DNA of 55,744 nucleotides, filler included, from Perkinsus olseni (Eukaryota): NCBI GenBank assembly GCA_013115125.1. It is 2 parts of 2 records of this genome, joined end to end, with 100 filler letters (N's around TTAATTAATTAA, not from the genome) between each part and the next. Parts side by side here need not be neighbours in the genome. Positions count along the whole stretch, not along the records: positions 27,923 to 55,744 come from JABANN010000460.1; 1 more part is not named here. One strand, 5' to 3'. Shown piece by piece: positions 48,062 to 55,744 of this stretch (position 1 is its first letter; each line of letters starts with the position of its first letter). The notes under the pieces were generated by a model. It saw only the letters and a program-made list of their open reading frames with translations, ran no database searches and was not told where the DNA came from. The position numbers and the translations under genes were made by a program.

Positions 48062-49999
48062 ATGGTATCACCATCGACAACTAAATCTAAGAATATGAAG
48101 AGCGCGGCTGTTACCAAGGCGTCTAAGAGAACGTCCTCTAGTAGTAGGAGTAGGTCCACTAGTAGTAGAAGTAGACGTCGATCGTCGACTAGCACTACTC
48201 GGAAGGAGAAGTTAGTCCCCAAGGAGAGTCTAGAGAGTAGGTCAGGGGGCCAGAAGGATGATGTTAAGAAGCCGAATGAGAACGAGGAAAGACAGAGAAG
48301 GATAGATCTGATAAAGGATAAAAGGATGAAGATCACCGAGGAGGTAGTGATGACTCCTACCACTTGGGTATGGTATATGATGATAACTCAGGGTCTCAAG
48401 AATCTATCAAACTACGAGTATAAGGCTGGTACACCGACAATACTGGATAACTTTATGAATAAGTATTATTGGAATAAGGTTATATTACTCATACCTAAGG
48501 AAGTAATACTATTCATAGTGACTACTACTCGACAGTACCGTTGTTAGATGGCACCTAACATGATAACCTTGGTGGGGCTGGCGACGATGATGCTATCATA
48601 CTTCTGCATAGCATATTATACTCCAACCTTCACTGAGGAGGCCCCAAAGTGGACGTACTTGGCCAATGCCATAGGGCTCTTCTTGTAATGCTTGTACAGC
48701 AGCAGCAGTAGATGCGAATAATGACAGTTTGGATCCTTCTTCAGCTACCAGACCATGGACGCTATCGACGGTAAACAGGCTAGACGGACGGGAAGCGCTG
48801 GACCACTGGGTCAATTGTTCGATCACGGCTGTGACTCTATCTCAACGACTTTCATCTGTATGAGTGCCATGGCCAGTAAGTCCTCCTGTTCTATGAACAC
48901 GGTAGTGGCCCTCACTGGGTTGGTGGCAGGCACTTCCCTCGGATGTGGCCCTCGTGCGATGGCATTCCTCATGTTCGTGATTGTGCCCTTCTTCCTAGCG
49001 CAGTGGGAAGAGTAGTATTCATGGGTCTTGTGATGCGGTCTGTAGAATGTCTAACTCCCTCTGTGTGTCAGGTATCATACTCATGTTTTCCGTAGTGGTC
49101 TATCATTCTATGGTGTAACAGAAGCACAGTTCACCAGCATTGCACTGTACATGATATCCTTCTTTTTTGGACCAGGAATGTAGTAGTTGCAGATATCTTG
49201 TCATCATTACTAGCTCGTACCTCTTTCAGATGGCACATGCATCCGATATCTTCCATTAACCTCGAGATTATAGACTATATTATAATATGCATTAGCGCCA
49301 TCACTGGTTATGGTAGTATAGATGCCATGCTCAACGTCATGAGGCATGCGAAGGATACAGTAAGTGGAAGCAATAATAAAACCCGGAAGATAGACTATCG
49401 CAACTCCCCACACTACTACCTTGCTTGTCATTATCATCGACAGACTCGTTTCTCTCCTCAGCGTACTGCGATGATGCAGTTGATACCCATAACAGCCCTA
49501 ATGGTATGCGGTATGCTGTGGACTCTAATACCGACTGTCCATCCAAGGCTTGTTCTCGGGACCTTTGGTGAGTATAGACATCGGAGTGTGACATCCTCAC
49601 ACTCCTTCCTCTCCTCAGGTATCGCCTTCACGTATCTAACTAATAATATGATACTCTGTGGTATGACTGGTATGCAGTATCCAAGATACCATTCTCTTCT
49701 GGTGTGTGGTGGGCTCATCAATGGTTGGTACCGATCTTCATCATGTTAGGTACCATTACCTATCATATTCGTGATAGATTACCTCTACCTTTTCCCACGA
49801 CATAGTGATATCATACTTGGTCTGTACTTAGGATTTTTGGTCTATAAGAGTTGGAAGTGAGATCTGCCTCTAGCGAGTTCGGGTCGGGTCCGTATACGAT
49901 ACCACCGTCATCCTCAGGTTTTTAACAGATTCGATGGAGGAGATCAGCACGTATTTGGGAATATACGCTCTCTCGATCACCAAGAAACGACCACAGTAG
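48062..49999 (+). CDS. CEPT1: Choline/ethanolamine phosphotransferase (CDP-alcohol phosphatidyltransferase); multi-exon
   Basis: LKNLSNYEYKAG..LDNFMNKYYW, MAPNMITLVG and the CDP-alcohol motif YQTMDAIDGKQARRTGSAGPLGQLFDHGCD; WEEYHT, GVTEAQ; ends EISTYLGIYALSITKKRPQ*. Ser/Arg-rich N-terminal extension. Confidence 0.93.
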
Positions 50000-50296
50000 A
50001 CCCTTGTTACAACTACCGTTATCACTGACAGTAGTCGTTCATTGCAACCAGAACTACCGAGCATTGCAGGCGGGTACTGTCCGGTCGCCTTGCTGCAGGA
50101 AGTCTTCCTCTTCCTCCTCCCAATCCCATTGTGACTCTTTACCCTCATTCATAGTTTCAGTGTAGTCCGGCTGTTGCTAGGGATGATGCGGTGACGATAC
50201 ACAGTGTTGAGTTGTTAGGGCTTGCTGTGGTAAGGCGGCTACGCATGCTCGATAGCTTCGCCCCTTGTACATTCCATCTCTTCGATCACACTATCC

Positions 50297-51557
50297 ATGC
50301 CATCTGAAGAAGAAGGCGTAGTGAGGTCAGTTGCAGCAAGTCTTGGTACGCCTGCGGGCCTTGGAGTATCATCACAGCCTACCCAGGAAGATATGCCTGC
50401 GATTGTACCTATTCGGTCTAGTGGATTGTCTACTTACCTGTGCCTTGGGCAGCTCCTGAGCAGGAGGCCAACACTAGAGTTGGTCCTTATTGGCCTCACA
50501 CCTGCCCTTACGGTTATAGCATTCGGCCTTCTACTCCGTAACATGATACTCGCCATGTTCATCATGCATGCTATTATGTTGCTCGGCCCTACAGTCTACC
50601 TTATGGGCAACACCAGCATCAGAGCCGGACTTCGCAACTCTTCCGAATCTACTCCCCCCCATTGGTATCGCGTCTACTTCTCCTCAGAGATGGCTAATAC
50701 ATTCAATGGGTCTGGTACAGTATTACTATCATTACTATCGTTCCTTGTTACCACTTTATGTGGTAGTCTTATATACCTTATGTTACAATGTTCAGGGAGG
50801 TGGTGGCAGATACTCTGTATTGGGTCCTATGAATCGCAGTTGGATATCTTCGGTTTGGGTGGTCTTAGGCATACTTCCTTACTCTTTGATGTACTACTGG
50901 CTCTCTACTTCATCATAGTCAATCCTCTCATTGAGGAGTTCTTCTGGCGTATATTCCTCATAAAAGAATTATCTGATTCTAGTCAGAACTCTCACATGGG
51001 GCGGCTACAACAAGAGTTCAGCCCAGTACCCACCAGTGAACCCCAGGATAGGATGGCTCCCACTGGAGGGGATGCTGAGTTGGACATCGAAGTTGGTGCG
51101 GCGAGAAGTGATGTCTTCATGGACGAGGAGACAGCACGGTCTGTTTCATCTATGGTAGCATCTATCTCCCCACCATCACCGGCAGTATCGGCCTCCAACT
51201 CATCTCGATTGGTATCTTACTCCGAGACTGTTAACTGGGTAGGCTCTGCCCTGTATGGCTCGTACCATATACTGGTAGTATGGGCTCTACTCAACTCCCT
51301 TCCTTATGCTATACTAGCCTTCATCTTACTAGTCTTGGTCGGCAGACTGCTTATCTTCATCATACAGTCCGAGCAGGGCCCAAATGCCAGCATATCCGGC
51401 TTCTGTCTAGCAACAGCGGTAGTGAGGGTATCGGAGGACATCAGCGAGATTTATCACTTATCCATCATTTCTCCAGGTACACAGCGGTCTCGATACAGTG
51501 GTCGTATTCGCATTAGCCGCAGCGTTGAGGATAGTCGAAGTGAAGGGTGTGAACTAG
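50297..51557 (+). CDS. CPBP/Abi-family (type II CAAX protease, Rce1-like) intramembrane glutamic protease; 2 exons
   Basis: Multiple TM segments with motifs NPLIEEFFWR (EExxxR), ALYGSYH and, after intron 51419-51476, VHSGLD (HxxxD); TAG at 51555-51557. The 493-aa ORF in the track over-reads the intron. Confidence 0.85.
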
Positions 51558-51830
51558 TAACTATAATGGCTCTTCCTCAGCTGAGGGATATCCCCTATAT
51601 AATTGCATCATCACTACCACAATACTTGCACATTACCTCGAGGAGTTGGGCCCTTTTGTCCAGGTCAGCTTTGCTACTATTGTACCATTGTGTTCTTGAC
51701 TACGTAAAGCTCTATGTTACCATTAGGTTGATGTGCTACACTCATCTCCTTCTCCTTGCTATCACCTCGTTGCGTTGACTTTGCGATGCTCCCGTCCCCT
51801 ATAGACAGTACACTATCATCCTCATTGATC

Positions 51831-53237
51831 ATGTCCAGCGCATCATCATATGGTACTGCTACAGTGCAGCGGAGAAGAGCGAATGATACAGGTTAGCACG
51901 CGTGCTGAATTCTCTGACGATCACCATCGCGTCGATTCATGGCGCAGCGCAGGTGATAATACGAGTGTAGTCTCAGCGGCGGCCAATGCTGGATTTAAGT
52001 TCATTAAGGTAGTGGTGGTGAACTACCGTTACTGCCTTCCACGACTCGGCACTGGTTAACGTTCTCCTTCTTGCCATCTTTCAGAAACACTACATCGTGT
52101 CGTCCATGTACATCATTGGACTAATAGTAGCAGTTTTTGGTAGTCACTCATCCTCTAATGCTATCGTATCCTCTCTCGCTCCACTGCTCTCAGGCACCGG
52201 CTTCCATGTGGACCCCATCACAGCAGCTCGGTACCACAAGACTCTAGACCACGTCGACCTAGTACAAGGTCGTCAGTATAGAACGGTGGTGCAGAAGTTA
52301 GATAGAGCTGAGAGAGATTACTACAATAGTAAAGGTGACACCAGCGGCAGTAGTCAACGCTCAGTCCCCTTCGCACAATGGTATCAGTTCAGGCTGGTTT
52401 TCGTGCAATGATGAGTGCCAGGCCAAGTATCGTAAGGTTGAGGACTTGAGGGACCAGAAGGCGGTTGTGGAATCTAAAATATACGACTTGCAGGTAGTAT
52501 TAGGAACAAGAGCAGCAGCAAGTGTGATACGTCGTGTTCAGCTGGATGCCAAGAAGACTGTTGGCTTATGGTCGAGCTATGCAGCACAGGATATGAGGAA
52601 GGACTTCTGGGACGTACGTCTTTACTACATATTAATATTAATGGAATGGTTATTCAATGTTAATCATCAGTCGTGGAATGCTGGCAAGGATATGGCATCC
52701 CATTGGACCCTCTGGGATACATTATTCATGGCAGCAGGAGGTGACCCTAGAGATCAGACTCTAATGTCCATGATACTGCAAACTGTATTCCAGTACGTCC
52801 CATATGACCGCTTCCAGTAGTGATGACCGCTTGTGATGGGAATCCAAGGTACATCATGAACCTCACAGTCGGGTTGATAGCAGCCATAGGAGCCTTCCTC
52901 ACTACAGTACCACAGGTCATCGCCTCTTATGGCCCGGGCTTCATAGAAGGTATACTTAGCAGGAAGTTTTCTCGCTAGCCAAAGTGTCGTAGGTGTGGTC
53001 TACTTCTTCCTGGTTCTGTGTGCCGCAGCAGCTGCCGTGGTATCTTTCCTCGGTGTCATCTATGGCGGTGTAGCGGGAGGTGGATATTATCTCATCAAGA
53101 GGGTATAGTAGATATGACATTATCACGTCCTTAGTCTCACCATCCATCAGGAAATCGACAGACTCGAAGCGGATCCTCAACAGCAGCGGTACCGTCAAGT
53201 TCGATACGGGGAGCGCGGTCGTCCTCACTACGAATAA
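51831..53237 (+). CDS. Multi-pass membrane protein of unknown function; multi-exon
   Basis: Clean in-frame splicing over ~50-nt introns: N-terminal TM (SMYIIGLIVAVFG), luminal YYNSKGWFSCNDECQ coiled region, then further TMs (YIMNLTVGLIAAIGAF; VVYFFLVLCAAAAVVSFLGVIYGG); TAA at 53235-53237. Confidence 0.75.
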
Positions 53238-53401
53238 ATACTACCCGAAATACTAAGGGTTTCATAAAAGATGCGTTAAAAGTGCGTGGTGCAGTTTCTC
53301 ATAGCTATGATGTTGTGTTGTCACATCTGTCGAGTGTCTGGCGACTTCGACCCATCATCATCTCATCAGCTAATACCGTAATTTCACCACCTCCACTAAC
53401 A

Positions 53402-54130
53402 ATGACCATCGCTCCCGTCTACATTCTTACCGTAAGTGAATTATCCTCTTTCACGTTTGGAGGTGTGGTATTTAGGTGTTGGCTGGGGTATCTCTCAGCA
53501 CAGAGAGCTCTCATCACCACCACCATACCAAGCACGGTGAAAAGCACCACCTGCGTAGGGGCCACTTCCTGCATGTGTTGAAGGAGAAAGGCTTGCTTAC
53601 GAAGAATAAAGAGGACGAAGCACTTCCGGGATTAATCCACATCAATCCTGTACAGATTGACTTCCGCAAGGTACACACTACCGTACTCCATAACCATGAC
53701 TGTCTTGTCTCGACATTTCAGATCGGACAAGACCTCCAGAATAGTATTAGGAAAGATGAAGGTAGAACAGCACTTGCCGCTGACCACCTTCCGAGTCATA
53801 CACGCCTACAGATGCCCTCCGCGGTTCCCTCGCTGGTCTTAATGGATGGGAGGACGGTGCGAAGGAAGACCTAACTCGTCTAGCCGAAGAGGGCGATAAA
53901 GGGTAAATACTAGACTCACTCATGGCACGAGATCATCATCCTGTGCAGGTATCTGGCTGATCTCAGCACTATGCCGCGTCAAGCGAAGCAGGCCCATGAG
54001 GAGATGATGGTAATGACAAGAAACACAACTCAAATCGACTAATGATCTTACTATCCCTGTGACTCTTCAGAGAGCTTTGAAGGGACCCGAGAGTACCGAT
54101 GCCATTCGCTCAGCTGCTCACGGAGTATAA
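53402..54130 (+). CDS. Small putatively secreted protein with His-rich N-terminus; multi-exon
   Basis: Spliced: MTIAPVYILTVLAGVSLS-TESSHHHHHTKHGEKHHLRRGHFLH...DALRGSLAGLNGWEDG...RALKGPESTDAIRSAAHGV*; signal-peptide-like start and in-frame GT-AG introns. Confidence 0.7.
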
Positions 54131-54765
54131 TTACTCCAAGATAAGACGTTGGAGGGAGATATCGAAAATCATGCTTTTGATGAATGCAATGCCCCTCGTT
54201 ACGCCACAATACATTGTTATATTATCAGTGTCAATCCACCATCTGCCAACACAACGTTCTCCCTTTCCTCAGTAGACATAGTAGAATGCAGTAGCAGCAA
54301 TGAACATTGGAGAGTTGCTACTTGATGGTAGAAGAATAAGTACAGCAGACTGAACACAGCGTTCAATGCAGTAGTGGTATCACAGCAGCTTTACTAGCAT
54401 CGAGCTATCCATTTTAAAGGCACCCTTTTTTTGTCGAGAATATAGAGTGATTAAACATCACAGTAACACTTGACTATGATGATAAAAACTCATGAGAACA
54501 TATTCATCGAACAGTAGCAATAACAGAATACGATACTACCAAACGAAACCATTTGGACGGTGGACGGTAATCAACATCATTCTCTTTACACAATACCCAT
54601 CCTACATAGCAATAACCGTAATATCCTCGCTCATATCAGAGAAGAGTACAGGAGAAAGTTGAGAAGGTTCTACTCAACGATGGTGGTGGTTCAACAATAG
54701 CACTAAATATTATCACGGTTGCTTACAACATACACATTGAATGAACCTTTGCCTAACATCTCCCC

Positions 54766-55527
54766 TCAATGCAGAAGAACAGCAAGGATCGGAAGAGAAG
54801 TAAACACTGCAGTAATAAAGAAACCACGAGCATCATCACTCAAACCATAAGCGGAACTTGACGGCTGCGGAGGTACAACTGGAGGAGTTCCGTGACCATC
54901 ATTGTCGTTGTTCGGATCATTAGGATCATAGGGATTCCACGTGGGAGTAAGAGTAGTGGTTGTTGTGGTAGGCTGAGGGTATGAACAGTTCACAGCAGGT
55001 GCCCATCCACTAGGCTCCGCACCAGGTAGGGCAGTGACAGGAGCTGTCGAGTTGAATGAATCGCATTGACACGCAACAGTATCATTGCCATAGCATACAC
55101 GTCCAGCTGGGATCTGCCATGACTTACAGTAGGATCCCTTATCCTCACCAGGATCGATGATAATGCTACCAGTAGGGACAGCAGTCGGGAACACAACATT
55201 TGCCTTGCAATAGGAGTCCCAGCAAGGTCCGAGGACAGTAGGGTCGGGAGTAATGCATGGGCTACCCGGGAACCACGAGATGTCATGGCACCAACCGGCC
55301 GGACAAAACAACACAGGCTTTGGTGCGGTGGTCGTTGTTGGAGTGGGAGTCGTTGTCGTCTGCAAGAAAGTCGTAGTAGCTACAGCGGAAGTAGTTGAAG
55401 CCGCCTCGGTAGTAGCCACCTCTCCAGAAGCACCCGCCCTAGGTGCTGCCCCAGAGGGCAACTCTGATAATGTTGGAACATCTGCCAACGCACCCACAGC
55501 CAAACAGAGCGACAGGATAGCCTTCAT
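54766..55527 (-). CDS. Secreted Thr-rich mucin-like, Cys-rich surface protein, probably GPI-anchored (253 aa, single exon)
   Basis: Signal peptide MKAILSLCLAVGALA; Thr/Pro stalks; Cys domain CWDSYC...SYCKSWQIPAGRVCYGNDTVACQC; C-terminal SSSA spacer followed by a hydrophobic tail FFITAVFTSLPILAVLLH. Confidence 0.82.
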   Translation of the reverse strand: MKAILSLCLAVGALADVPTLSELPSGAAPRAGASGEVATTEAASTTSAVATTTFLQTTTTPTPTTTTAPKPVLFCPAGWCHDISWFPGSPCITPDPTVLGPCWDSYCKANVVFPTAVPTGSIIIDPGEDKGSYCKSWQIPAGRVCYGNDTVACQCDSFNSTAPVTALPGAEPSGWAPAVNCSYPQPTTTTTTLTPTWNPYDPNDPNNDNDGHGTPPVVPPQPSSSAYGLSDDARGFFITAVFTSLPILAVLLH

Positions 55528-55744
55528 GAACGCTGAATAATGGAGGAAACAAGTGAAGGGTCGAGGAACTTGCTTAACTGCGAAAGGGGACAGAGCTAGG
55601 GACGTCACGACACAATTTTTGCGGGTGTCGCGGTACTGACTTGGATATCACTTAGGGGAAACTCAACAAGAGGATGTCTTGTGCCAGAATAAGCCAATAC
55701 CACTACCCTGGGACAGAAGTAGTGTAACAATGCACTTCACTCTT

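Noticed and set aside
51558-51778. C-terminal extension of the 493-aa ORF
   Set aside because: Artefact of reading through the 58-nt intron 51419-51476; splicing restores the HxxxD motif and stops at 51557.
1-55744. Spliced-leader RNA gene or relict SL (ACCGTAGCCATCTTGGCTCAAG-like), rRNA, intact tRNA
   Set aside because: No convincing match seen on either strand by eye; a computational scan would be needed to exclude them fully.

Overview
Eukaryotic, intron-rich genomic DNA, most consistent with the alveolate parasite Perkinsus. This is an inference from the many short GT-AG introns, AG acceptors just upstream of start codons, the gene content and a Cys-rich surface motif typical of the genus. 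An artificial 100-nt spacer (N44-TTAATTAATTAA-N44, 27823-27922) splits the window, so the two halves need not be adjacent. Bases 1-11.5 kb are an accessory, TE-rich zone. It holds a ~1.4-1.6 kb tandem duplication whose copies each encode a 62-63 aa secreted six-cysteine defensin-like peptide (plus a truncated third copy), a frameshifted hAT transposase, a Tc1/mariner HTH remnant and a dense set of near-perfect fold-back palindromes with 1-nt loops, some sitting at rearrangement junctions. Bases 11.9-26.2 kb carry DNAJC2/zuotin, ATP23 and CCDC96-like genes, several of whose short introns contain tRNA-derived T-arm/B-box fragments. Right of the gap are a J-domain exon and FAM221-like Cys/His exons separated by a non-LTR retroelement 3' end, a PH+RING protein, a GAT-like protein, a 2OG-Fe(II) oxygenase, a CEPT/EPT1 phosphotransferase, a CPBP/Abi protease, a membrane protein, a His-rich secreted protein and a mucin-like probably GPI-anchored Cys-rich protein. 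All exon structures were spliced by eye and family calls come from remembered motifs; no searches were run.
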